In this document: piece after piece, positions 10,513 through 22,971 of the stretch
Layout: each line of letters begins with the position of its first letter
Numbering within the stretch: position 1 is the stretch's first letter
Assembly: GCA_964036045.1 (NCBI GenBank)
Contig: OZ038378.1
Span: 7,502,001 to 7,566,000, forward strand
DNA length: 64,000 bases
Origin: Eutreptiella sp. 'Long Island Sound 2002'
Taxonomy: Eukaryota > Protista > Euglenida
Direction of reading: 5' to 3'
The notes under the pieces: generated by a model
Seen by the model: only the letters and a program-made list of their open reading frames with translations
What the model was told of the DNA's origin: nothing
The model's database searches: none
Program-made: the position numbers and the translations under genes

Positions 10513-11199
10513 TGGTTCGGAACAACACGCGTGCTCCGAAGAGCAGCGGGCAGTAGCCAAACAGGATCTGACCAATAGCGCAGATGACAATGCAGACATA
10601 AACGCCATGGTAATAGGGTCCACTGTTGGCATGCTTTTACAGCATCACGGCGCAAATTGGACACTACTGCAGTCCACTGGAATGGGCTCCCTCATCGTTT
10701 GGTGTTCAGATCCTTTTGCATTTTAACTTGAATCAATCTGAATACAGCACTAAATGTTCAAGAGATGTCCCACAGTAGACCCCTGTAGAGCACACCAGTC
10801 TTGGGGGACCATTACCCCCAAACTAGGCAATTCAAGAATTTCACAAAATGTTCAACTTTGATAAACTCTTCTGCCTGAACATAGCATGTCGCCGAAAACC
10901 TTTTGGCCTGGCAATGACACTTGAAATTTGCCATCTGGAAAAATTTTGTCCAACAGGATCCACAGCACCTGGAATTGAAAATCGCAACATCCATGTTGTT
11001 GGGACCGCAAATTTAGGCAACATTTACCTTGCATGCATACCTTCAAAACCTTGGTTATCGGTACCCTTTAATGCATAGCTCCTTCAATGCATTGCTCCTG
11101 TACATATTTCATGAACTCGCGCTAAGTTGCATGCACAGCCGAACACATAGGTGTGCATGGGTAATCAACCATGCCTTGAAGGCTACTAGGGTTGAGAAG

Positions 11200-11360
11200 A
11201 GGTGAGTACCTCAACTTACTCTTTTGCCGTGCTTGTAACATCTGCTATTAAGCTTGCCCAACTCCATTGACACTGCGGCGGTGGTGCCAACCTTGGGGTG
11301 AGTGCAGCATGGAGAGTCAAGGGCATTAATTGTATGGATATGCACAGGCCTGCACCTGAA
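11200..11360 (-). repeat. Dispersed repeat; second copy at ~25925-26070 (+)
   Basis: Shared AATTAATGCCCTTGAC...CAGTGTCAATGGAGTTGGGCAAGCTTA...GATGTTACAA in opposite orientations. Confidence 0.8.
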
Positions 11361-14298
11361 ACCAATGGCAAAGCGCCATTGAGGTCTGAACAACCATATC
11401 TGTGGAGCCCGCATTGAAATCAGTTGCTGGGGCATTCATGTAAGGTTCACATTCTGGTGACAGGGCCGAACAAACAGGGCACAAGGGCTGAAAATCTGTC
11501 AAAACACCACAACTGCTTCGCCATGAAGCCTTTTCCATTTGTGCATGCTAAACTTCTGCACATGCTTGCAGGCAGGCTTGGGGGCTAAAATGGGGGCTGG
11601 CTGTGGCACATCAAGGTTTGTAAGGACACATGCATCATCTAGCAAATCCCTGATTAAGTACAATTTTTGTCCAAGTGCATGTGCCAGACCCCACACTCCC
11701 ACAAGCCAGCTCGAGCATACTGTACCACCACTACCATTCATGGGACATTCTTTGAATGGAAAGCAAGGAGCAGAATGGGGAATTGAAAATGCAAGTGGTG
11801 GGGCAGAAATTGGCAACCCCAAAATACCATCCACAAGACCCAAATGACAAAAAAAAGTTGACATTCCCAGCCAACCGGAAACTAGAACCAACAAATTCAA
11901 TGGTTCCAAAAGTTGCAGAAACACAGCATATTTTTTAGGTCTTGCATGTTGGTAAAACATAGCATTGTCCCCCCCATGAGGGTGCTGGTCAATAGATTCT
12001 ACACAATAGTTTTCATTATATTCACCACAAAGTGTGCTGGTCTTGAAACCCCAAAGACTCTATCTCATCCATTTTATCACCTTTTCACGGCAATCTCATT
12101 GCTCACATCAGTCATTGAGGAATAGTCTAGATACAAAGAATGCTCCCACAGTGGAAAACAAAAGGCCCACAAGGGGACACCTTGTGGAAAGCATGCACCT
12201 GCAAGACATGGTCACAACCCTGGGGTGTTGTCATGGTCAACAGCAACAACACACGGCATGTAGTTGATGTGCATGGTTACCATGTGGCGAACACCGTATG
12301 ATGCATGCCATAGCAGTGTCACGTGTCACGCGTACCGTGCAAGCAGAAAACATGAGTGCTCCCAAATAAGAATAGGCAGTACACAAACTATGAAATCAAA
12401 TACAGCAGAATGTGGGTTCCTGCCGTCTTTCTTTGCAACACAGCAACATGCCCTGCATCACAAAAAGTGCCCAAAAGATGCCCCGTGCACCCTGTGCGCA
12501 CTGCGTGTGCCCCACCCTGCAGGATTCCCTCAAAGGTGGTATTAACAGTTTGCAGACATATCTTGTCTCCAAGCTTGCCATCCCAAGCACTTGACAAAAA
12601 ATGTTGCAGATCCCTCGGCAGACACCCAAGACACCTTGTACGAGCACCTCCATGCATCTGTGCCTGGCCTCAGAAAGAGGTAAGAGGTTCAAAATAAGTA
12701 CACAAGGAATGCCTTTGTTTGGGAGGTGGGGTGCAGCAGGTTACAGCTGGTTAAGAATGAGGTTAACACAGATGTTCTGAAAAAGAGTGATCCGGAGGGT
12801 CATGAGGTTCCCATTACAGCGGACTTAACCTCGTTAAATACCCTGAAGCTTCAAAAGGCTGTGAAGGGGTAATGACTACACAGCTTTCAGGTTTAATTTC
12901 TCTGGCGCAAACCTCCCTAGGCATTGGTTGTTCGAGCGAATGGGGCACCCCATCAGCGTTCAAGAGGGGGTAGGGGGGCTGAGGTCGGGCCAAGCGTGAT
13001 TTGGAAGAGGATGGGTGGGATAGAAGGCAGGGAGGGGAGGGGTGTTGGGCAAAGGGGTCTGATGGTCCCTCACCCACAAGCCAAAATATAGTGTCATGAA
13101 ATGGCACAACGCAATGGCACTCGATTGCGCAGCAGATCCCGACTCCCGTTGAATCCTCTTTGGACATTGCTGCACAGGTTTGGTCGGACCAAGGCTGGAA
13201 ATTGGCCAGAGATGAGCAAACGGGGCTCCCATTTGCACTGGAGGCTGCAGTGATGCATGTTTGCTGACATATTGTCCAGTTCCTATGGGCTGCCAACTCA
13301 GTGAGAACTACAATCAGGACTGATATCAGTTTTCTTGCGCCAGAGACAGCGGACATAATCAGGTCACAGGTGTCCTGTCCTGTGTCTCAGCCTCTCTTGA
13401 AGAAGGGCAGGGCGGGGGTAGGGGGGATCCTCCTCCTGTAATATGGAGCTGTGCTGAAGACACCTTCAGAATGGGCTTTGATGAGCAGCAGCGCGGAAAG
13501 GAGCATGTGCCCTGGAAGGCAAAAACCATCAGTACAACATGAATGGTACCTGGGCGGATTTGGCAACTGGGGCTCTCGGTGGTTTTCCCCAGAAATTGCA
13601 ACAGAAAACTACAACGAAGCAGAAATGACGGTCTGACAACAAAAGAGCGCAGAACGTTCCCGTTGGCATGCGCCGCGTGCGCATACTGCGAACCCCATAT
13701 CACGAAAACCGTGTGGTGCAAAGGAATGTGCCCAGACGTGGTGAGGGAATGTTCCGGGAGTCTGAAACTAGACACAACGCGACATGTGCATGATACAGGA
13801 CGCGAAATCAGTTTGGCGATGTCTGCAGCCAGACACGAAGCGAGATGTGCATTGCTGCACGAGGAGAAGGAGAGCCGGTCATAAAGACAACTTTCAACAG
13901 ACCTACTGTGGACTATCCAACACAGAACACACCCACCCAGCCACACAAACACACACACACAACACATAGCCTCAAATGCACAGCTTCAAATGGGGCAACT
14001 GCACGCTCGCGCAGGCATCTATTTTGGCCTCACCAACGTGACATCCGATGGCCAGGATGCAGGGCATTCTGGGCCCTGAAGGGGTCATCAGCACGCTTGA
14101 CCGTGTGCGCACAACTTCCGACCATGCACAGTCATGCACCTACAGTGCTAACACAAGCGGAGGCTGATTACCGTGTCTGGCGCCATGCTATCACAACGGC
14201 CGGGCTGCACCATAGCAGATGCAGCCCGCAACGTGCGGTGCACGCGAGATAATAGGGATTGGTGTACAGGCCTCAGACATTGCAGGCATACAGAATGC

Positions 14299-14337
14299 TA
14301 AATGTAATGTAAATGTAAATGTAAATGTAAATGTAAT
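14299..14337 (+). repeat. (TAAATG)n microsatellite
   Basis: About 6 units seen directly. Confidence 0.9.
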
Positions 14338-15237
14338 CAATGGGAACAGCAGTGACTACGATAAAATAATCGAACCAATAGTAGCAACCAGAAGTAGGGG
14401 TAGTGATCGTTGCCCTTAGCTCTGTCGACATTCCCCCGTTGATCTAGTTGTTTCAGGTCTGTGGGTGAGGGCACCACCCGAGCGCCACCCCAGCCACATC
14501 CTTGGACATTAAGCGTCGTGGCTTCCATCCAAAAGAGGCAGGGCAGTGGTCGGAGACCATGCAAAACAAGGCACCGTCCCAAATAAACGCGGACTGTACC
14601 AAAGCCCTGCTGTGTCAAATCAAACCTGCACACCCCACGCCCGGCACGCGTCCAGTACCCGCCCGGCACGCGTCCAGTCCTCGCCCGGGTCACGTCCAGT
14701 GCGCAGCACCGCGCACAATAACAAGCTTCCCTAAGTACTTGTACCTGAGCTGCCTTAAAACCTGGTCTAAATCTCCGAGGAACAGCAAAGCCGTACCTTT
14801 GTCTAGGCCTACCCATTCATTTCGACAGTGCAAGCGGTGCCTTTTTGAGGGGGCCGGGGAGCACAACCCCCGGCGGCTGTTGCTGAAGCAAGTGGATTTG
14901 CTGCTTCAATTGAGGGGATCGCGGGAAACGGCCCGACGGGGGGCTGCAAAGACCCCAATGAGTGAACTAAATCGTCACCTGGACAGTGGCGGGGCAGACA
15001 TCCATGGCTGCCCTGCCCGGTCACCCTCTGTTCCAATGCATCAAAAGACCTTTGCACCCGAACCTCGGGAAAACGCTGCCATCAACGTCGATTACATGGC
15101 CAACCACCATCCACGGAACAGTAGCTGCCATCCCGAGGGGGTCCGTATGGTGTATGAGAACAAAGCGAAAAACATCTGACGTCTTGAGGACTGCACCCTC
15201 GCTAATGGTGTCGCAATGACGTCACGTAGACACTCTC

Positions 15238-15400
15238 TTACCGCCATTTCGGGGGGATGTATACGGGGAATACTACATTCATTATGGGCAATGCCCGGCT
15301 GGCGGTGGCAGGCTTGTCTCGTTCCATGCAAACTCGCCGGATGGTGGCGTTGTAGGACGACTGGCGGGCTTCAGCAACGTTCGGGTTGTCCAAGTAATGC
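15238..15400 (-). CDS. Pseudo-lipase exon 9 (terminal)
   Basis: ttccccacag acceptor, HYLDNPNV...YIPPKWR-stop. Confidence 0.7.
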
Positions 15401-18400
15401 CTGTGGGGAACGGTTGACTGACAGAGGCTGGAGGATTGACAAGATTGAAGAGAGGTAACAACACAAGGCAACAACGCACTGGCAGACAACAATGCACCAC
15501 CGGGTATCCGTCCAAAATCCTCCAACACCTTCAGCAAACTTCAATTTTTTCCGTCTTTGGGAGGCGAACGATTGCTGTCTCTCCACAGGGCACCCCTGTC
15601 TGCAATACCCATAACAAACCCCATTCTGATGTGATGTGGCGTGGTGTGGAGTGTTGCGTTGCGTTGTGTTCTGCTGTGGTGTGTGGTGTGGTGTGGTGTG
15701 GTGTGTTGCGGTGTGGTGTGTTGCGGTGTGGTGTGTTGCAGTGTGGTGTGTTGCGGTGTGGTGTGGTGCGTGTGGCGTAGCCTTTGGCAAAGTGGCGCGC
15801 GGTCTGCGGTGGGCTGTCGACTGTCATCTGCTCCTCACCGCCGTAGCCAGAACACAGCACTGGTGCCGTTTAGGTGTTGCTGAAGGAGGCCTGGCCATGC
15901 TGGTGTCAGACCATTGCTTAAAGGGGTTTGGCATGACGCCTACATGGATTGCTGTCTGAATCGGCCGGCGCCTATTGGCTTCTCATCATCTAGTGACCTT
16001 GATCTGCCAGCCTTGCCTATTCGTACCTCCCTAAACCCCCTTCCTTTCCCTTGATGGGTTGTGCCAACAGAGCCCCCGGACTGTCCCTGTTTCACTGGTC
16101 AGGTCCAGGGCAACAGCCCTCGTCATTGGCAAGATGTGTCCAGAAAGACACCCCATACCAGCGGCAGAGGAACCCTTGCCAATGGTGGCTACTGGGCCCT
16201 GGGGTGTCCACTTGTGGGGTCACTTCCGTGATGGAGGTACATAACTGGATGGATGGGTGGGGATTGATGTTGTAGCAGGTCGGAGGGGGGACTTGCTTCC
16301 TCTCCTTTCTCTGGCCTGGTGTAGTCTCCTTCGCTTTCCCTGCCTTAGTTGTCCTTCTGTCTTTTCCCTCCCTTTGCCTTTACCCTTGTCATGGGCTTTA
16401 CCCCTTGCATTGATCTTGGGTCCCTCTCCTCTTGCGTTGGCTTCTTCCTCGTGTGTCCTTGCTGCCCACATGTTGTAGGTGACGAACGGGTGTAGTTACG
16501 CCTCTTGTGCACCACCAACACATTGTTAACCAAAAGGTTTCTCCTTGTGCATCCTCTTTTCCATTCCCCTTCCCCTTCCCCTTCCCCTCCTTTTGCTGGC
16601 CTTGTCTAGTGTTGTCCCCCCCCTTGGTTGTTGGGATTGCCACATGAGCCTCCCCTAGTTGTCCTTCTGTCCTTCCTTGCCCTTATCCCTATATGGGCTT
16701 TTCCCCCTTGAATGAGTGGGCTACAATAATCAGTAACTTCCAATCTTCGGTCTCCACTGTTGTGGCCTCTTGCTGCCTAGTGCCTTCGGTCTGCTGTTAT
16801 TGCCTGTCCTTTCCTCTCTCGACTCCCTGCACTCCTTTCCCTGGGTAGGTTGTGCCAACGGAGCCCCTGGACTGTCCTTGTTTCATAACTCTGTGTCAGG
16901 TGCACACAGAGGACGGCAATGGCCCTCGCCATTGGCCAATCGCGTCAGGTGGACACGGGCCTCCGGGAAGAATTTCCTCCCGGTGCATGCTGGGATATGT
17001 AGCAGAAGCAAGGGGCCAAACACCCATCACTTACCACAACACCAATCCCCATCCATCACCTCGGGTGGCGCACGTGCGCCCAGGGGATGGATACGGCATT
17101 GGATATAGAGGGATAGGGTGGGGGGTGGGGGGACATGCTGCGCTTGCCACAGGGAGGACTCAGCGCGGGAAAGGGCCTTTTCCCATACTTCCCGAATACT
17201 GGATTCCTCCCTTGAGTCTGTGGCCTCCTACTCTCCCTCCAGTCACACACAGCCCTCCTTCATTGTGCAAGCTCTCCCTTTGATCCTCTGCTACTCCTTT
17301 TGGGGTTTCCAGCCATAATGTGCGCAGTAATTCAGCCAGGCCTCGTTTGGCATCAACCCCTGCCATTCCCTCCCTCTTGTACCTTCCCTCGCCCAGTAAT
17401 TGGCGCATGCAAACTCCAGTGCAGCAACAACGACTGCCCTACCACTGCCCTGATTCACCGGGAGGTTCATCCATCCATCCATCCATCCATCCTGTGGCAT
17501 GATGTGCACCAAAAAAAAACTATGATCAACACGAAATGCGAGAAGAAGTAAATCAGGGCGGGGGCTGCACAGGGTGTACCTGTCATAGAACGCCTTCCGC
17601 AGGTCCTTGCGCTTCCAAATGAGTTCCTGGGTATCAGGGAACTTGTCCTTGAACTTTTCGTCCACATGCGGCATGCCTCCCGCCGGGTCCAAATACATGA
17701 AATTCCCAATTGGATCGAAATGTTTGAACTCTGCCTCTTCAGGCAACAGAGGTTTGATCTCGTTAAAATCCTTCACCAGCTGTTCCTCTGTGGTGCAAAC
17801 ATGAAATCTAAGCCCTACGCCTTGTGTCCCCAAGCCTTACCCAAGCCTCACCCAAGCCGCGTTGTCCCATGCATTGCTGCGCCCTGCGGTCTGCGCCGTA
17901 CCTCATGCCCTGCTTTCGGCACTCCGTGCCCCTCCCCCCCCGCCGTTTGCCGTGCGGAGCATGTTCAAAGCAACACGGCTTTCAAAACTCATAAGGCTGC
18001 GACGGGCACTCTCCACATCCGACAAGGATGCCACCAAAAGAGCTCCCGGTGTCCAACTTCACAACACCTCCAACCCTGACCGCCTTCAATGCTACGAAAA
18101 GCTGGGCTTAGACTCACGCCAAACGTTCTCGTAATGCAGTTGCATACCAAGTTTTGTCCTGTGTTTCAGCCCCTTTTTGGTGTCCAGATCTTTTTCCTTG
18201 TCCGCCAGTAGTCTGTTGAGCGAGGCCTTGTATTTCTCAAACTTCTCCTTCATCTGGATACGTGGCATGCACACGTGTCTTGGGCACGACACGGTTTCTT
18301 CCCAGACCTTCCTCCGGGCCTACCCGAAGAGCCAGCCAAAACAAAAAAAATGCTGGACAACAATCATAACGGTGATCTTATGGTCGAAATTGCACACTTC

Positions 18401-21400
18401 TAAATTGATCACACTGGCTGAAACGTGCTGGGAAATAGGCCAAGAAGATGTTAGGAGGATACGGAAAACATTGCTGCAAGGCAAAACTAGGACGAACCTT
18501 GAAAACAGCTGTTTCACATTGGCAATGAAATGCGAGAATACTCTAGAGTCTAGAGTCTTTCAAGTTTACTGCCACGCGTCTGATTCTGTGGATGCTTGGG
18601 AAGGGCTGAGACGACAGACAAATTCTGATACGCACACAGAGAACAAGACAGACAGAACGTGTGCATAAATACACGTGTGCACAGACCGAGCGACTGAGTA
18701 TTGTCAGAAATGCACCGTACGACGCGTCGGGGCGTCATACAATGCGTTGGGGGCATACGACGCGTCGTACGGTGTCGTACAAGGTGTTGTACGGTGTCGT
18801 ACGGTGCTGTCGGCCCTGACACCGTACGACACGACGCGTCGTGTCGTACGGTGTCATACGGCCCCATGCCCACGGGTAAATGACGTTAGCGGACCGTCTC
18901 CTGGGGAAGGGGGCCTTCAGCCTCCTTCCCAAATATTGGCACTTCACGTCTGCAACATGCCGACAGCGTCTAGCGTCTACTTGTGGTGCACAGTGTCTAT
19001 GGACTATAACGGCGTACACGTGTATGTAAACAGTGTCTACAAACTATGCGCAGTGTTCATGACGCGTCGGGGCCATACGACACCGTACGACACCGTACGA
19101 CGCGTCGGGAGGTGTCGTACGAGGCGTCCGGGCCCGACGCGTGGGGGTGCACGACGTGTCGGGAGGTGTCGGGGCCCGACGCGTCGTAAAAATCCCTCTT
19201 GGACATATGTAGCGACTGCGGGCGAGAAGCGAGGACGGAAACGGGAAGCACCACCTTATTGTCCGCGTTGTCCAGCAATTTGGGATCCAAAGTGGCGCTA
19301 ATCATCGCTGGAAGAGGGTCGTCCTTGTTCATGACCGTGAGGAACATGTCCTTCCACATCCGGCGGTCGAGATCGTCACGATTCTTCTTGTGATTGCAGA
19401 ACGGAGCCCCAAACCCAATCGACCGCACCCGGTGATTGGAGGCGGAAATGTGGCCTTTGTACAACTCCTAAGGAGCCATCGTGGATTCATACGGAATACC
19501 CTCTTTCTGAACGCCATGACATGCAGTCGTTGCATACGGAGCCAAGCCTATTCCACCCGCCCACCTTCCCAGCCCCTAGCAGCAGCACAACTGGGCCAAG
19601 GCTGCCTCCACAAAAAAAGGCCATCAGGGATTGGCAACCTCTGGCCCAGTACCAACCCTAGCCCAGCCCACTTCTTGATACCTGCCTGAAAGCGCAACAC
19701 CCCAAGCGCAGCCCAGGGTCAATGGTGAGGGGTCCCAAAGGAGGCTGGCGAGGGGTACTACCCCAAAGCCTCTTGGTGTTTATCAAATGGAGAACGCCCG
19801 GCATGGGTGCCGCCAACCGCGACTGCCAGCACCCTAGACGAACCACGACTCTGTGGCAGTATTATTATACTGGAGGACACTGTTTGTAGCTGAAAAAGCT
19901 TGCTCAACATCCCAGCACTTTGAAGCAACGGTACTAATTGCAATCTCAGATGCATCCCTGTAGTGGTTGTCGAGGGTTGTTGGGTGCAAACTCTATCAAA
20001 TGCTCCCTGGCTCTGACCCGAGGGTTGAGGTCAACAGGGTCGGAGAGTGTGGAGGTCTGGAGCAGGTGGTTGTCGAGGCTCGCGGTGGAATTCTCGCCTT
20101 GTGGTGCATTGAGGAGGACGCCGATGATTGTTGGGGGTATAATGTTTGTTTGGAGGTGGCAGAAGGTCGGAATGGGGCCATGCATCTGTTCCAGGAGGGG
20201 ACACAGTGCTCTCCCGTTGCCAGTCCGTATGTGTCATCCGCATATCGACATACACTCAGCGCTTCCTCTGGGGTGCCAGCGGGGGGCACTGTCACCTGTA
20301 CTGCCTGGTTGGGGCATTGAACTTCTGGGAGTAAATTGTGGATATTGCACATTTTCTGGGGTGAGAGGTGGTGGAACTGGAACAAATCATCAAATAACCA
20401 GATAACGCACCAATTGTTCACTTGCTTCATGGGCGGCTTCCTTGGCCCATTATGTGCAAGAGCATCGATGGGCACAAATCAACAACAATTGACCATGCAG
20501 CGACACCGAATTCCCAATAAACGTACACTGTACAACCCACACCACATCACACTGCACATCCAAGGATTGTTCCATCCGAATGCTTGACACCTGGACTGCA
20601 ATCGTGGCACAGGGGATGGCGTACGGCGTTCAAGCAAATTCAAGCAGAGAACCTGCAACACTAAATTGTGGGCCATCATGCCCCCCATTCCACTCCCACA
20701 GACGACCAAATGCCGGTCGAACCAGTTGCTGTCATCAAAGATGTTGAATACAGGGACCCCTTCCATAAACTTCAGAATCCCCGAATGTGTCAGGTCCCGG
20801 GGCAGCTGCACAGAGTAGCAAAAGAGCTCAGTTGTACGAAATGTAGATCGACACAAAATGACGTGACAAGTGGCGTACGGCGGTGAATTCTTACTGATCG
20901 TGGCCACCCTCCTCCCATATCTCTCTCCGAAACCTCTATACCATCACTGACTCTGGGCCGTCTGCGCCAACCGCCACCAGACGTGCGTTCCATCACAATG
21001 GCCCTCCAGGGGATGCAAAGGGGCTGTTGGACGAGAGCAGAACGCGGCATACGAACGCCGCAAAGCGCAGAATGTTTGGTCATGGCTCCTTCTGCACCCC
21101 AACAAGGAAGCGGGCACCAGTTCCTCAGGCCAACACTACCGTGAACACCCACCTCGTCCCTTCACCGCAACACCGTATCACATATCCCTAGTCACTCCAC
21201 AGCACTCCACTGCGGGATATGAAGCGGCTCCCATCAGCAGGTTCACACTCGCCAAACACAATAGTCTCTTGGATTGTCGTTTGGTTTTACACCCCCCCAC
21301 CCAAAATGCAGCACCGTTTGCATCGATTTGCCCTCCCTTTCCCGTGCATGCTACCGCGAAGGAATGCACACAGAAGTTCGAGCCACGCCACACATCCCTG

Positions 21401-22971
21401 AAGGATCTCAACGGCGTTTAGAAGGTGGGTTGTGACACCACGCACTCTCCGTTCAACTGTGAAAGCTTTGATCAAGCGGTGTCGGGGGCAATGTGAGGCC
21501 GGTTCGGGAGGTTGAACACACGTCGTCTGATGCATCGAGCCTGTTCGTCTTCAGCAAGTGGTCTGCTTGATTCTCTTTTGGCCCACGGACAGCCAAATAC
21601 ATCGCATCCGGGGATTCGAACAACACCAACCGCGTGTTGCCTTTGTTCATGTCCGTCTGCACAAAAGCAGAAACACCGTGTGAACGACGCGTGGGCAATG
21701 ACACAGGGCATCGATTGGACAAACGCACAAACAACGAACGGGAAACACAGCGCAGCTCTCCAAACCAGGGCATGCAAACGCCCAGATCCAACCAATCCTG
21801 TTATGCAATGGAAACTACACTGACACCATGCTGACGCTCACGCAGGTATCTGTCGCGTAAGGCGTATGGTCCCTCTGCAAAGTTGCTGTTGACTGCAGGC
21901 TGAGAGGTCACATACAAATGTAATGCTCTGAAAGTCTGTTGCGGCTCGCACTTCTGGTCGGCTTGCAAACTCCACAGGATCGTCGGATTCAACAGCTTGT
22001 ACAGCCATCCAGGCATGAAAGATGTGATCGTTGCTAGAAATCCTCTCTCGGTTGTACGGAATCCAAATCATCCAGGCGAGCATGGCACCGCATGGGAACA
22101 AGATGGAGAGCTGGAAAACGAAAAAAGCAAACGCCGGCGATGGCAACTAGTTTAATTTGGCAACAACAACCACAAAAATATCGTCACACCCGGCAAGGAA
22201 ACCAGCATCTGACCGTGACCCGAAACCATTATCATGCTTTTCAGTAGTTCGTGCAGGGGTTTCTGGTGTTACACTTCAGCAACTGGAACGCAGAGGTGGC
22301 GAAGATCGGGGCATGTTTCCTCAGAGAAGCAGCATGTTATCTTGCCCCCCACCAACTGGAGTGCAGGTCGCATGAAACACGTCTCGAGCTCACGGCTGGA
22401 GATTCAAAACAACCAGCGGAATCAGTGCACTGACCGAATAGGATACCGGTTTGGGGTGCGTGTGAGAGAGTGCCACGGCAGTGCTTGCAAGGACGAGACC
22501 CCCATTCAAACCCTGCTCAGACTGAGGATATGTGTACGTGCCCCCCATTCCCCACCTGTGTTGCCATATTTCAGCGGGATGTTTGCATAGTGATTTGGGT
22601 TTACAGTGTTGATTGCATTTGCGTCGTTTCTGGAACCATAGCTCCCTTTGCTTTTTTTCCGTCGAAGTTTTTCCCAAATGCAGCCAGTGCAGAAATACCA
22701 TCGGGTGGTGCAAAGTCACTGGCAGTCTCACAGGCTTAGTGGTGAATGCCGCTAGAGACCCCTGAGGGAGTAACAAATCAAGACCAGGAATCGAGCACAC
22801 CTTTGTAGCGACGTGTCCGAGAACGGCTTTGGCACCATTTTTTTGATAGATTCCACTCAGTTCTGCTGGCCCCAATCCAAGGCTGAATCTATACTTCCCG
22901 ATCGTTATTCCACGGCGTTGGTTGATAGCGCTGGTTTTCAAAAGGTGCGATGTACGGTGAAGAAGCAACAT
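15238..22971 (-). CDS. Uncharacterised ~490-aa class-3 lipase-fold protein with N-terminal presequence-like segment and one TM helix; nucleophile Ser replaced by Gly (pseudo-lipase)
   Basis: Nine frame-consistent GT-AG exons: 22801-22971, 21916-22110, 21522-21656, 20653-20805, 19255-19467, 18118-18253, 17580-17787, 15501-15599, 15238-15400 (1473 nt). Lipase_3 motifs in order: YLAVRGP, HSGI, LVVCGSGMGG (GHSLGG position), SIGFGAP, VMNKDDPLP, HFDPIGNFMYL. Confidence 0.8.
15501..15599 (-). CDS. Pseudo-lipase exon 8
   Basis: tattgcag acceptor, QGCPVERQQSFASQRRKKLKFAEGVGGFWTDT, phase 2 to 2. Confidence 0.6.
15655..15778 (+). repeat. Degenerate (GTGTG/GTGTT/GCG)n simple repeat
   Basis: 15-bp unit GTGTGGTGTGTTGCG seen directly. 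Confidence 0.85.
16040..17000 (-). mobile_element. Decayed retroelement-like remnant with internal direct repeats and gag-like fragments
   Basis: GTTGTGCCAAC-GAGCCCC-GGACTGTCC at ~16059 and ~16849. The minus strand encodes KGKGKGKG tracts and a broken knuckle-like TCGQQGHTRK. Confidence 0.4.
17580..17787 (-). CDS. Pseudo-lipase exon 7
   Basis: EQLVKDFNEIKPLL...HFDPIGNFMYLDP...KAFYDR, phase 1 to 2. Confidence 0.82.
18118..18253 (-). CDS. Pseudo-lipase exon 6 (charged helical insert)
   Basis: MKEKFEKYKASLNRLLADKEKDLD...YENVW, donor GTGAGT. Confidence 0.8.
18718..19187. mobile_element. Foldback/MITE-like element built from GACGCGTC / GTCGTACGGT palindromic motifs, in pseudo-lipase intron 5
   Basis: Ends TACGACGCGTCGGG ... 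CCCGACGCGTCGTA are exact 14-bp inverted repeats. Two motif arrays flank a ~190-bp unique core. Confidence 0.65.
19255..19467 (-). CDS. Pseudo-lipase exon 5
   Basis: ccttag acceptor, RVRSIGFGAP...TVMNKDDPLP. Confidence 0.82.
20653..20805 (-). CDS. Pseudo-lipase exon 4 (degenerate nucleophile elbow)
   Basis: HSGILKFM...LVVCGSGMGGMMAHNLVLQ. Confidence 0.82.
21522..21656 (-). CDS. Pseudo-lipase exon 3
   Basis: tttctgcttttgtgcag acceptor, RLVLFESPDAMYLAVRGPKE. Confidence 0.8.
21916..22110 (-). CDS. Pseudo-lipase exon 2 (TM helix)
   Basis: ttcgttttccag acceptor, LSILFPCGAMLAWMIWIPY, donor GTATGT. Confidence 0.78.
22801..22971 (-). CDS. Pseudo-lipase exon 1 (presequence-like)
   Basis: MLLLHRTSHLLKTSAINQRRG, no acidic residue in the first ~35 aa; donor GTGTGC. 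Confidence 0.72.

Noticed and set aside
14337-14816. LINE 3' end (YKYLG motif plus (TACATT)n tail on the minus strand)
   Set aside because: Only one short motif, directly followed by a stop; no other RT motifs.
18542-18555. 7-bp tandem TCTAGAG duplication as a frameshift or transposon footprint
   Set aside because: It lies in an intron of the pseudo-lipase and the surrounding frame has no recognisable protein.
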